A stretch of DNA of 64,000 nucleotides. Source: Candidatus Micrarchaeota archaeon. GTDB lineage: Archaea; Micrarchaeota; Micrarchaeia; Anstonellales; Bilamarchaeaceae. Below are positions 19,739 to 28,106 of this stretch, in pieces; the first letter of the stretch is position 1, and every line of letters starts with the position of its first letter. The notes beneath the pieces are model-generated. The model saw nothing but the letters and a program-made list of their open reading frames with translations. It was not told the DNA's origin and made no database searches. A program made the position numbers and the translations under genes. Location of the stretch: positions 20,721 through 84,720 of the forward strand of contig JBFLVJ010000003.1 of NCBI GenBank assembly GCA_040758595.1, in the 5' to 3' direction.

Positions 19739-19863
19739 TCCGTTACACCCTTTTTTAAGCATTCTTTCCCCTAGATTAGTCTAATTCCCACCGTGCCAGC
19801 CCAACGGCTAGCCGACATAGGGAAACGGATATGTTTAAATAGTGTTTTAGACAGTGTATATGC

Positions 19864-21273
19864 ATGGTTATGATGGAGAGAACCGCCAAGAAGGACCTCC
19901 CGTCCGTTAACGCGAGCGTCCAAAGGGCAAGACTGTTCTACGGCCGCTGCAAGGCCGATGCCTATTATGACCACTCCCGCAGGGTGCTCACCAGAGCGCG
20001 CGCGGCGGGCATAGTCGAAGGCACGGTGATCCTCGATCCTAAACAGGATGAGGAGCGCAGGCGCGCCAACCACGTCCTGACCGAGCTCTGCCTCTACCAT
20101 CCGGTCTCGCCAGCCATGTTCGGTTCCCGTCCCCACCCAGAGCTTCCCCTTGCGCTTCGGGACAAGGAGATACTCAAGGAGCTGGAGATATTCGGCGGGC
20201 TGACCATGCTGGATCAGACAGGCTCTCCGACCACGTGCTATTCCAGCCTGCTCAACGGGGGCGGACGCCCGCCTCTGGCGCTTCTCGTGAAGCTGGCTGA
20301 TTATGCGGTCACGCATGATACCGAAGACATGATCGGCGGTCTCATCGACCCGGGACAGGCCTCCATATTCCGTGCGTATGCTTCCAGGGCACATGCCTAC
20401 GACTCAATGAAGAACGAGGCGCGGGCCGGAGAGGCCATCTGGGCGCCGATGGCAGAGCTTTTCGGTTATCCTTCCCTTGCAGGAAAGATCATGGGGCATG
20501 CATACCGCATAAACCACCCCGACATATACGCCCACATCACGAGCACTATGGCGGACGAGCTCTTCCAGACGCGGCTTGCATTCACTCAGGGCATGATGAA
20601 GGAGATGGCCCGCGTCATCAAGGCGAACCTCAGGGCATACGGTTTCGACGCAGACGTGACGCTAAGGCTCCAGAAGAGCGAGGGCAAGATAATGCGGAAA
20701 GTGTTCCGCATGATAAATAGCGATTTATGGCGGGGGTTCGAGGATATGGAGCGCCAGAACCGGCACGCGAGATATCTGGGCAAGGAAGAGCCGCACAAGC
20801 AGATCCCCGAGCCGACAGCAGAGCGTATATCGGAACATGTCCGCGCCTCCATCAAAGGATTCGATTTCACCCGCCTCAGCGACTGGGTCGCGGGCAGGGT
20901 CGTCCTGAAGAGGTTCAGGGGGAAAAGGCTGGAAGGCAGCGATGGTACGGAGTTCTATCTAGCAGAAACCATCATAACCCAGTCCATCGAGATGCAGAGA
21001 ATAATGCTCCAAGGCCTCGAATTCACGAAGGAGGTCCACCGCGGGAACTACAATGCCTACCACTTCGACATGTATGACGGCGCCCCGGAAAAAAGGGAGG
21101 CTGCCAAGAGACCGCTCAGGACGGAATGGCAGCTCAAGACCGAGGAATGGCACCGTGTAGCAGAGCAGGGCCAGGCCGCCCACTACTATTACCTCGGCGG
21201 CGATCGCGAGTTCATCGACCAGATAAGGCAGAGATACTACGAGATCATACACGGGCACAACGGCAGGCACTAG
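19864..21273 (+). CDS. Hypothetical protein with a possible HD-type phosphohydrolase region (RelA/SpoT-hydrolase-like?)
   Basis: Weak resemblance only: LADYAVTHDTEDMIGGLID recalls the HD..ED motif of RSH hydrolase domains. There is no confident synthetase motif. Assigned by eye. Confidence 0.3.
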   Translation: MVMMERTAKKDLPSVNASVQRARLFYGRCKADAYYDHSRRVLTRARAAGIVEGTVILDPKQDEERRRANHVLTELCLYHPVSPAMFGSRPHPELPLALRDKEILKELEIFGGLTMLDQTGSPTTCYSSLLNGGGRPPLALLVKLADYAVTHDTEDMIGGLIDPGQASIFRAYASRAHAYDSMKNEARAGEAIWAPMAELFGYPSLAGKIMGHAYRINHPDIYAHITSTMADELFQTRLAFTQGMMKEMARVIKANLRAYGFDADVTLRLQKSEGKIMRKVFRMINSDLWRGFEDMERQNRHARYLGKEEPHKQIPEPTAERISEHVRASIKGFDFTRLSDWVAGRVVLKRFRGKRLEGSDGTEFYLAETIITQSIEMQRIMLQGLEFTKEVHRGNYNAYHFDMYDGAPEKREAAKRPLRTEWQLKTEEWHRVAEQGQAAHYYYLGGDREFIDQIRQRYYEIIHGHNGRH

Positions 21274-21761
21274 ACCTCGCCGAATTCAGTCAGCCGGCTC
21301 ACCACATTGAGGACGACGTTGGTGTTGGTCCTCACAACTTCTTCCATGGCGAGTATCTTCTTGACGGTCGCGCTCAATTCGCTCCTGCTTTTGCACATGA
21401 GGATGACTAGGGCGTCGTATTCACCTGTCGTGTCCCATACCGCGCCCACGTGGGGCATCTGGGATATCCTCTTTTCGACTGTGAGCAGATCATCTCCTGA
21501 GATGCGAACCTCTACAATCGCCATGAACTCGAACCCGAGTTTGGAATAGTCGAAATTGGCGGTATATCCGCGGATGACTCCGGCGCTCTCAAGCCGCCTC
21601 GTCCTTTCGATGACGGCCGCCGGGCTGAGGCCTATCGCCTTGGCCAGTTCCCGATATGATCGTCTGGAATCTGCTTTGAGCTCCAGGAGGATGCGCCTGT
21701 CGGTCTCATCCAGGTCCATCTGTTCGGTCTTGGAAGGTTTGCGGGCCATGATTCCTGACAA
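21270..21761 (-). CDS. Lrp/AsnC family transcriptional regulator
   Basis: N-terminal HTH (DETDRRILLELKADSRRSYRELAKAIGLSPAAVIERTRRLE) plus a C-terminal RAM domain. Confidence 0.75.
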   Translation of the reverse strand: MSGIMARKPSKTEQMDLDETDRRILLELKADSRRSYRELAKAIGLSPAAVIERTRRLESAGVIRGYTANFDYSKLGFEFMAIVEVRISGDDLLTVEKRISQMPHVGAVWDTTGEYDALVILMCKSRSELSATVKKILAMEEVVRTNTNVVLNVVSRLTEFGEV

Positions 21762-21865
21762 ATGTAAAGAAAATATTTAAAGTTATCCATACTATGTTTG
21801 GAAAAATATCGAAAAACTATAAATATGATTCTGCCCCTCATCAAGACACACAGGAGGTCAGTACC

Positions 21866-23191
21866 ATGGCTGAGGAGATTTTCGAGCGGATGGAGAAGGA
21901 TGGAGTGAGGTTCGTTAGCCTGCAGTTCTCGGACCTGTTCGGGACCGTGAAGAGCGTCGTCATCCCGGCGAAGAATTTCGACACCGCCATGGAGCACGGC
22001 GCCTGGTTCGACGGCTCATCTGTCGAGGGCTTCGCGAGGATACACGAATCTGACATGTACCTAAAGCCCGACTTATCGACTTATGCGCTCGTTCCATGGC
22101 TGGATGCCGATCATGGCAAGACCGCCCGATTCATCTGCGATGTCTATGATCCGGACGGGGCGCCCTTCAAGGGGGATCCCAGGAACATACTCAAGAAGAC
22201 GCTGGAAGAGGCAAAGGCCATGGGCTTCGACTACAACACCGGTCCTGAGATGGAGTTCTTCCTGTTCTCCAAGGAGAACGGCACGCCCAAGCCGCTGCCC
22301 CACGATAAGGGAGGCTATTTCGATTTCACGTCCGACCAGGCCTACAATATCCGCAAGGAGATGAACGTCGCCCTGGAATCGTTCGGCATCAACGTTGAAG
22401 CATCGCATCATGAGGTAGCTGTCGGCCAGCACGAGATAGATTTCAAGTACGACAACGCCCTGAAGGCGGCGGACTCCGCGGCCACCCTCCGTGTCGTGCT
22501 CAAGGCCATCGCCCAGAGGCACGGCCTTCACGCCACGTTCATGGCAAAGCCCATCCCGGGCATAAACGGCAGCGGCATGCACGTCAACCAGAGCCTGTTC
22601 AGGGACGGGCAGAACGCTTTCTATGACGCATCTGACAAGTACGGACTCTCCAGGACCGCATACTCGTTCATAGCAGGGCAGCTCGCGCACATCACTGCAT
22701 TGTCCGCTATCCTTTCGCCCACCGTCAACTCATACAAGCGGCTCGTTCCGGGCTACGAGGCGCCTGTTTATATCTCATGGGCGAGGAGGAACCGCTCGGC
22801 CCTCGTCCGCATCCCCCGCATATCGGCCGGGAGGCCGAACAGCACCCGCATCGAGCTCCGCTGCCCGGACCCGACCACTAACATCTACCTCGCGTTCGCG
22901 GTGATGCTCAGGGCCGGCCTCGACGGCATCAGGAATGGCATGTCGCCTCCGGCGCCGGTGGAGGAGAACCTCTTCCATATCGACGAGAAGCGGATGGGCG
23001 AGCTCGGCATCAGGACGCTGCCGCACTCGCTCGGGGACGCTCTGAAGGAGATGCAGGGCAGCCAGCTCGTGAAGGACACCCTGGGCGAATATTCGTTCAC
23101 CAGGTATCTGGAAGCCAAGCGCAAGGAATGGGATTCGTTCAGGCTTTCGGTGTCCCAGTGGGAGCTGGACCGCTACCTGGAGAGATATTGA
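21866..23191 (+). CDS. glnA: Glutamine synthetase type I
   Basis: GS beta-grasp and catalytic domain motifs are present. Start chosen at the ATG at 21866, which is preceded by GGAGGT 7 nt upstream. The longer ORF from 21794 is unlikely. Confidence 0.9.
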   Translation: MAEEIFERMEKDGVRFVSLQFSDLFGTVKSVVIPAKNFDTAMEHGAWFDGSSVEGFARIHESDMYLKPDLSTYALVPWLDADHGKTARFICDVYDPDGAPFKGDPRNILKKTLEEAKAMGFDYNTGPEMEFFLFSKENGTPKPLPHDKGGYFDFTSDQAYNIRKEMNVALESFGINVEASHHEVAVGQHEIDFKYDNALKAADSAATLRVVLKAIAQRHGLHATFMAKPIPGINGSGMHVNQSLFRDGQNAFYDASDKYGLSRTAYSFIAGQLAHITALSAILSPTVNSYKRLVPGYEAPVYISWARRNRSALVRIPRISAGRPNSTRIELRCPDPTTNIYLAFAVMLRAGLDGIRNGMSPPAPVEENLFHIDEKRMGELGIRTLPHSLGDALKEMQGSQLVKDTLGEYSFTRYLEAKRKEWDSFRLSVSQWELDRYLERY

Positions 23192-23474
23192 GAAGAAGAA
23201 AGCCGGGTAAGGGAGATGTCCTCCCTGTTCCCGATTGTGGGTCGGGGATTTGAACCCCTCTACTCCGCTTTATGCCTTATCATCAGCCGAAGCCTCAGAA
23301 AAGCGGACTGCAGGCGGATGCATAACCGATCTGCCAACCCGGCTTTCAAAAAGCTGGGTGCTTTGAACGGAATGACGTTCAAACCGAACCCGGCTTTCAA
23401 AGAAAGCCGCGCCTCCTGGGCGAGTAGTCGTCCAAAGGAACTCGGCTTCCGTCCTTTTCAATACGGGATTGCTT

Positions 23475-23484
23475 TTTTAAACAA
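23475..23484 (+). promoter_or_regulatory. Archaeal TATA-like box (TTTTTTAAAC) about 26 nt upstream of tRNA-Lys
   Basis: An AT-rich TATA-like element at the expected archaeal distance from the mature tRNA 5' end. Confidence 0.4.
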
Positions 23485-23505
23485 TAGCAGGCAACTAAAC
23501 TCAAG

Positions 23506-23701
23506 GGCTCATAGCTCAGCTTGGTAGAGCGTCGGACTTTTACTGTCTCCGGTCTCGGGTTTCCGACAGAACGATGTATCGTTCTGTGGACCAGAGAAAT
23601 GCCCGGCATTTCTCCCGGTCCGGTTTCGTTAACGGAACCGGGAACGGGAAACTGGAAACACAAGAGATCCGCAGGTCGAGGGTTCGAATCCCTCTGAGCC
23701 C
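23506..23701 (+). tRNA. tRNA-Lys (anticodon UUU) interrupted by a 122-nt intron at canonical position 37/38 (intron 23544-23665). No encoded CCA
   Basis: 5' exon GGGCTCATAGCTCAGCTTGGTAGAGCGTCGGACTTTTA and 3' exon ATCCGCAGGTCGAGGGTTCGAATCCCTCTGAGCCCG. The acceptor stem GGGCTCA/TGAGCCC, D-stem GCTC/GAGC and T-arm GAGGG-TTCGAAT-CCCTC are all perfect. The intron contains several perfect hairpins. Confidence 0.8.
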
Positions 23702-23798
23702 GTTTTTGCTTCCGGTCTCCAGTTCCCGGTTTCGAGTTCTGGGTTTCGTGTTCCGGCTCCCGTCGTGACGCAGATTTTAAACGCTTTCCAGAGAAGAG

Positions 23799-24071
23799 AT
23801 GATTATGTCAGTAGTCCGAAGATTGGTCCTTGACGTGCTCGTCCCATTGAACATCCCATCCTCAGACATAGCCATGAAGCTCTCCAAGCTACACGGCGTG
23901 GACGGCGTCGACCTGCTCATAACCGCGGTCGAGCACACTGTCGAGAAGGCCAAGATAACCATGGAGGGCGATGACATCAACCTCGATAGCGTCAAGAAGC
24001 TCCTCGACAAATCCGGCGCATCCCTTCAGGGCATCGACCGCATCACATGCGGCAAGAGGTTAGTCGGCTGA
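23799..24071 (+). CDS. Small hypothetical protein (~90 aa)
   Basis: Its stop overlaps the downstream start (TGATG at 24069-24073), which indicates translational coupling with the membrane protein. Confidence 0.35.
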   Translation: MIMSVVRRLVLDVLVPLNIPSSDIAMKLSKLHGVDGVDLLITAVEHTVEKAKITMEGDDINLDSVKKLLDKSGASLQGIDRITCGKRLVG

Positions 24072-24655
24072 TGCTGTCATTCATCAAACCCCATGCCGAG
24101 CGCTTCGAATACTACGATACAGTCACCGGCATGAGCAAGATAATCCGGCGCTACTTCGTGATGAATTCCTTCGACGGAGCACTCACTATGTTCGGGCTTC
24201 TGCTCGGCTCTTACATCGCAGAGGTGACCGAGCCCGCCCTCATCATCTCCATCGGTATCGGCACCGCGATAGCCATGGGTTTCTCCGGGCTTACCGGTGC
24301 GCTTTTCACAGAGCGCGCCGAGCGTGTGCGGGAGCTCAAGAAGATGGAGCGCGCCCTCCAAAGGAAGCTGGACGACACCGACTACAAGAAGGCCTATGAT
24401 TTCGCCACGCTCGTGACTGCGGGCGTGAATGCGTCCTCCCCGCTCTTCACCGCGCTCATTCTGTTATCGCCATTCGTGTTCAGCGCCATGCCGGATGCAT
24501 ACTACATGTCGTTCGGCCTCTCGCTGTCGTTGTTCTTCCTGCTCGGTATCTATATAGGACATATCGCGAAAGAGCGCCTTGTGCTCACCGGGCTGAAGTT
24601 CCTCGGCGCAGGCGTTCTCTGCCTGGCGCTCATCCTTCTCCTCGGCCAGATATGA
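24071..24655 (+). CDS. Membrane protein, possibly VIT1/CCC1-like (iron/manganese transporter family)
   Basis: NSFDGALTMFGLLLG resembles the N/DG-L/V-xS/T motif of the VIT family, in a 5-TM architecture. Start taken at 24071 (coupled). The ORF is open from 24047. Confidence 0.35.
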   Translation: MLSFIKPHAERFEYYDTVTGMSKIIRRYFVMNSFDGALTMFGLLLGSYIAEVTEPALIISIGIGTAIAMGFSGLTGALFTERAERVRELKKMERALQRKLDDTDYKKAYDFATLVTAGVNASSPLFTALILLSPFVFSAMPDAYYMSFGLSLSLFFLLGIYIGHIAKERLVLTGLKFLGAGVLCLALILLLGQI

Positions 24656-24664
24656 CCGAGCATG

Positions 24665-24698
24665 TTAGACGTTTGTCTAATGTTAGACACTCGTCTAA
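24665..24698. promoter_or_regulatory. Two tandem palindromic sites TTAGAC-N4-GTCTAA (operator-like)
   Basis: ttagacgtttgtctaa (24665-24680) and ttagacactcgtctaa (24683-24698) are both perfect inverted repeats of the same half-site. A TATA-like tttataaata follows at ~24712. Confidence 0.45.
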
Positions 24699-24996
24699 CT
24701 ACTTGGTATAATCTTTATAAATAACAAAAGCCCGATATCATATGCACTCGGGTATTCTGGGTGTGTGACGGTGACCGATTCGGGTCGCAACGGTTCTTGA
24801 CTGAGGGCTTTTCCCCTGAGGGCTCGCCCCGAGACCGCTTGCCTGGACCGATCGATTGTCCGATTCAGCATTGACCTGCTGCCCTTGAAAGCGGCGGATC
24901 ACGCTGGCCCAGACCTAGATGTTCGGGGTGGCGCCGAAATGGGCGTTTCCCCGAAGCCCTGGTGCAGAAAAAATCTTCTTCTTAGTGTGAATCATA

Positions 24997-25242
24997 TCAG
25001 CCGCATCGGTATGCGATGCAGACGAGTCCCGTCTGACAGTCGTTGTCGATTTCACAGCTCTCTCCTGCTTTCCCTTTGAATGAATCAGATGTAAGCTCAT
25101 CCAAAGCCGCCGTCCTCTTCTCTATGCTCGCGCTCGTGTCCTTCGCGGTCCCCATCAGCTGGGTCGCCGCTATCCCCACTATCGCCAGCACCACTACGAC
25201 CATTATCAGCATCTCCGCTGAAAGCTGTCCCTTCATGTCCAT
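24997..25242 (-). CDS. Archaeal type IV pilin-like protein (class III signal peptide)
   Basis: MDMKGQLSAEMLIMVVVVLAIVGIAAT has K-G-Q followed by a hydrophobic stretch, the prepilin peptidase (PibD/FlaK)-type motif. The small mature domain has a C-terminal Cys cluster (CEIDNDCQTGLVCIAYRCG). Confidence 0.6.
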   Translation of the reverse strand: MDMKGQLSAEMLIMVVVVLAIVGIAATQLMGTAKDTSASIEKRTAALDELTSDSFKGKAGESCEIDNDCQTGLVCIAYRCG

Positions 25243-25597
25243 TCACCTCGTAATCAGGAATCTCGGGTTCAGGGAGCCCCATCTCCCTCCTTCTGGCCCG
25301 CGCTCGCAGATATTCTGCAAGCCTCTCTTCTGGCTCCGGCTCCCGATCCCTTTCGAAAAGAGGGAAATGGGCAAGCATGGCCGAGAGCTTCTCATGGTGC
25401 GGGGACAGCCTTATGAAGAACTGCCGGAAACTTCCCAAGCCAAGCCTGCTCATTTCATCCCCCGTCATTGCATGGTTTTTGCTGGCTATATATAATTTAT
25501 GAAAAATTCACTGTGGCTAGCCATAACTTAGCTCGTCAATTCTGTGCGCTCTCGGCATTGGAAAACCGTTTAATGCTGATGTTATAGATTATCATCC

Positions 25598-26890
25598 ATG
25601 GCGGGGAGACAAGCTCGATTGAAGGGTGAACTGAAGCAGCAGAGGGCGAGAGGACGTGCCGATAGCTTTCAGGAGGCGAAAGGGCTCCAAGAAGGGCTCT
25701 CCAGGAGGAGCGGCGCTTTCGCTCTGGGGCGTGACGAGAACGGCAATCCACAAGAGAGCCGTCTGCCGGGTTCTTTCAAGATGGTCTTGGACCGTTGGTA
25801 CGTGAGCATGCCCTTCAAGCGCGAGGACCGCTCGATTTTGGATAGGCCCTGGCCGGATGCCGAAGCGGCCATCAAGAAGGGCGATGTCCCCCGCTCGAAG
25901 CTGCGCGTGGAGACGCACATCATACTCGCGGTCAGGATGCTAAAGCATGTGCGCCAGGGCTACCAGGAAGAGCTCGAGCGCACCGATGATCTGATCGAGA
26001 GGCTGGAGCGCGCGGATCTCGCTCTCACCATATCTGATACGAAATACTCTGATCCCACCATCCGCTCGGCCATATCGGCTTTGAAGGAAGCCGATGCCGA
26101 ACTCGCCAGGAAGCAGGTCGCGATAAAGAAGCTGGTCTCCCGAGGAAGGATGGCGAAGATGGTCTCGATGCTTGAGGGGGCCCTCAAACTCCCAGAGGAG
26201 AGCAGGGCTATGGAGGTCGGGCGAGCATGCGCGGTCCTCGTCTCGGTCATAAACCGCCTCGGCCAATGGCGCGACAAGCAGGTGGGGAACCTCATGGAAT
26301 ACAACCTCCAGAAGGAGTGCTCCTTGCGGGTGGAAAGGGACAGATGGCTTTTCGGCTATCTCACCCGGCTGGCCGAGGATACCGCGCAGATGCACTGGTA
26401 CTGGGCGATGGACGGGGACAAGGTCTCGGTTCTTGACGAGATAGATCGCATGCTAAGATCCAACGTCCCGAAAGAGCAGATTCTTTCGTTCATGACCGAG
26501 AACCACCACCTCTTCCGGGTCGCGGGAAGGAAGAGGGATGCGGCCGAGCGATATGTCGCCATCTGCGAAGAGGGCATCCAGCCGACCGTGGGCATAAACA
26601 TCGATTACATGATAGGCCACTATGCATGGCTCTACCGCTATGTCCGGGACGATGAGATGCCCAAGGCCGCGAGTAAGATATCCCACCTCAGGCTTTTCGT
26701 GAACGCCAACAAGCCCACATATGTGATGGATGAGCTCTCCAAGAATCCCGATGGCTATCTGGGAGATGTCATCAGGCCGATGCGCGAAGGGGTGGATGCG
26801 TTCGAATCCGGCGTCATACCGGTGGCCCGGGAATGGTTCAAGGACGCCGTGGATTCCCTCAGGCAGTTCGTCTACCCGTCCAGGCGATGA
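25598..26890 (+). CDS. Hypothetical soluble protein (~370-430 aa), no recognisable domain
   Basis: Long ORF with consistent codon usage. The start is uncertain; the internal MVLDRWYV is plausible. Confidence 0.4.
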   Translation: MAGRQARLKGELKQQRARGRADSFQEAKGLQEGLSRRSGAFALGRDENGNPQESRLPGSFKMVLDRWYVSMPFKREDRSILDRPWPDAEAAIKKGDVPRSKLRVETHIILAVRMLKHVRQGYQEELERTDDLIERLERADLALTISDTKYSDPTIRSAISALKEADAELARKQVAIKKLVSRGRMAKMVSMLEGALKLPEESRAMEVGRACAVLVSVINRLGQWRDKQVGNLMEYNLQKECSLRVERDRWLFGYLTRLAEDTAQMHWYWAMDGDKVSVLDEIDRMLRSNVPKEQILSFMTENHHLFRVAGRKRDAAERYVAICEEGIQPTVGINIDYMIGHYAWLYRYVRDDEMPKAASKISHLRLFVNANKPTYVMDELSKNPDGYLGDVIRPMREGVDAFESGVIPVAREWFKDAVDSLRQFVYPSRR

Positions 26891-27306
26891 TGATGAAATC
26901 CAAGACAGAGTACCTCCACCTGAGGACCGAGAAGAAGATAGATATCGTACGCATCACCGACGAGGTGGAGCGGGTGGTGCGCGAGAGCGGGGTCAAGGAA
27001 GGCCTGGTGCTGGTCAATCCTATGCACATCACCGCTGCTGTCGTGGTGAATGACAACGAATCCGGCCTCCACATCGATTACCTGCGCATCCTCGACAAGC
27101 TCGTCCCCTACAAGGCGGACTACCGGCACAACGACACCGGCGAGGACAATGCGGCTGCGCATATCTGGAGGCAGCTCATGGGCCACCAGGTGGTGCTTCC
27201 CATCACGAAAGGGGAGCTGGATTTCGGCACCTGGGAGCAGATATTCTATTTCGAGTTCGACGGCCAGAGGGACAAGCGGATACTCGTCAAAGTGATAGGT
27301 GAATAA
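26887..27306 (+). CDS. YjbQ/UPF0047 family protein (secondary thiamine-phosphate synthase-like)
   Basis: The [15 protein letters not shown] ... [13 protein letters not shown] pattern is characteristic of YjbQ. Its start overlaps the upstream stop (ATGATGATGA). Confidence 0.65.
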   Translation: MMMKSKTEYLHLRTEKKIDIVRITDEVERVVRESGVKEGLVLVNPMHITAAVVVNDNESGLHIDYLRILDKLVPYKADYRHNDTGEDNAAAHIWRQLMGHQVVLPITKGELDFGTWEQIFYFEFDGQRDKRILVKVIGE

Positions 27307-28062
27307 TCAGCACTCGAAGAAATCAGATATCCTCTGCTGGCCCTCTTTTTTCGTCTGCGTCTGCCAGCCCTTCTCACGAAGCCATCTCCTCCTCTCTTTA
27401 TGGTCCGGGATGGCTTTCTCGACAAGCCCCCAGAACCTCGGGCCGTGGCTGCGGTACCTGGTATGGGCCAATTCATGCACGATGACGTAATCCAGTATCT
27501 CGTTCGGGAGCATGAGCAGCCTGAAACTGAGGCTGATGTCGTTCCTCGGGGAGCAGCTCCCCCACCTGGAGGTGTTGTCCCGCATGCTTATCTTCCCTAG
27601 CGATGCTTGGAAATGCCTCTCGTTGAGCGTTTTCACGCGCTCCTCCAGTTCAGGCATCACGGCTTCCACGATGCGTCTTTTCGCATGCGCGGATGCGAGT
27701 TTTGCTTTATCAGGGTGCCTTTCCTCTACCCTGATTTCAACGACCCCGTCCTTGGACACCCTGCTTCCGAAAGCGTCCGAAGGGACGAATCTTATGGCGA
27801 ACCGCCTGCCAAGTGCATGCACCATCTGGCCGTGTGAGAGCTCGATCTTGCTGTTGTTGCCTGGCTTCCATCTGCCCTTCTCGATGGAGCGGACCGCTCT
27901 CTTCAGCAGGTCCTCGGCAGATCTTTTCCTCTCGGAGACGGGCCATCTTGAGGGGATGCTTATCGCGATCCTATCCCCCCTAAGCCTCGCCCAGGCGTTC
28001 CTGTTCTTGCTGAGGCTCAGGATTATCGAGAACGTCCTGCCGTTTATCTCCATTTGGTCCAC
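27307..28062 (-). CDS. YgjP/DUF45-type metal-dependent hydrolase (M48-like zincin)
   Basis: VIVHELAHTRYRSHGPRFW is the HExxH plus downstream H/F-W signature of YgjP-like proteins. Confidence 0.65.
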   Translation of the reverse strand: MDQMEINGRTFSIILSLSKNRNAWARLRGDRIAISIPSRWPVSERKRSAEDLLKRAVRSIEKGRWKPGNNSKIELSHGQMVHALGRRFAIRFVPSDAFGSRVSKDGVVEIRVEERHPDKAKLASAHAKRRIVEAVMPELEERVKTLNERHFQASLGKISMRDNTSRWGSCSPRNDISLSFRLLMLPNEILDYVIVHELAHTRYRSHGPRFWGLVEKAIPDHKERRRWLREKGWQTQTKKEGQQRISDFFEC

Positions 28063-28106
28063 AGCTGGATTGGAGCGTGAGATATTTTAATCCCTGATAC
28101 GGAATC

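Noticed and set aside
19771-20394. 207-aa minus-strand ORF overlapping the 5' end of the 19864-21273 gene
   Set aside because: It is antisense to, and fully overlapped by, the longer plus-strand ORF. The overlapped plus-strand ORF reads as ordinary non-repetitive protein sequence, with a weak HD-like motif.
23216-23527. ORFs of 60-100 aa across the glnA to tRNA-Lys spacer
   Set aside because: They overlap the tRNA promoter and the tRNA itself, have no RBS or TATA context of their own, and the region is better explained as tRNA upstream regulatory sequence.
24720-24990. Possible SRP RNA or RNase P RNA in the structured GC-rich spacer
   Set aside because: I could not find the conserved SRP helix-8 (GGAA/AGCA asymmetric loop) or the RNase P P4 (AGGAAAGUCC) signatures. 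It is kept only as a generic candidate-ncRNA finding.
25097-25468. 123-aa minus-strand ORF overlapping the pilin gene by ~145 nt
   Set aside because: Two same-strand genes cannot overlap that far in different frames. Its product is low-complexity and acidic/Gly-rich. The pilin ORF has a clear class III signal peptide, so the pilin call is preferred. The non-overlapping 5' part (25243-25468) could still be a small upstream gene.
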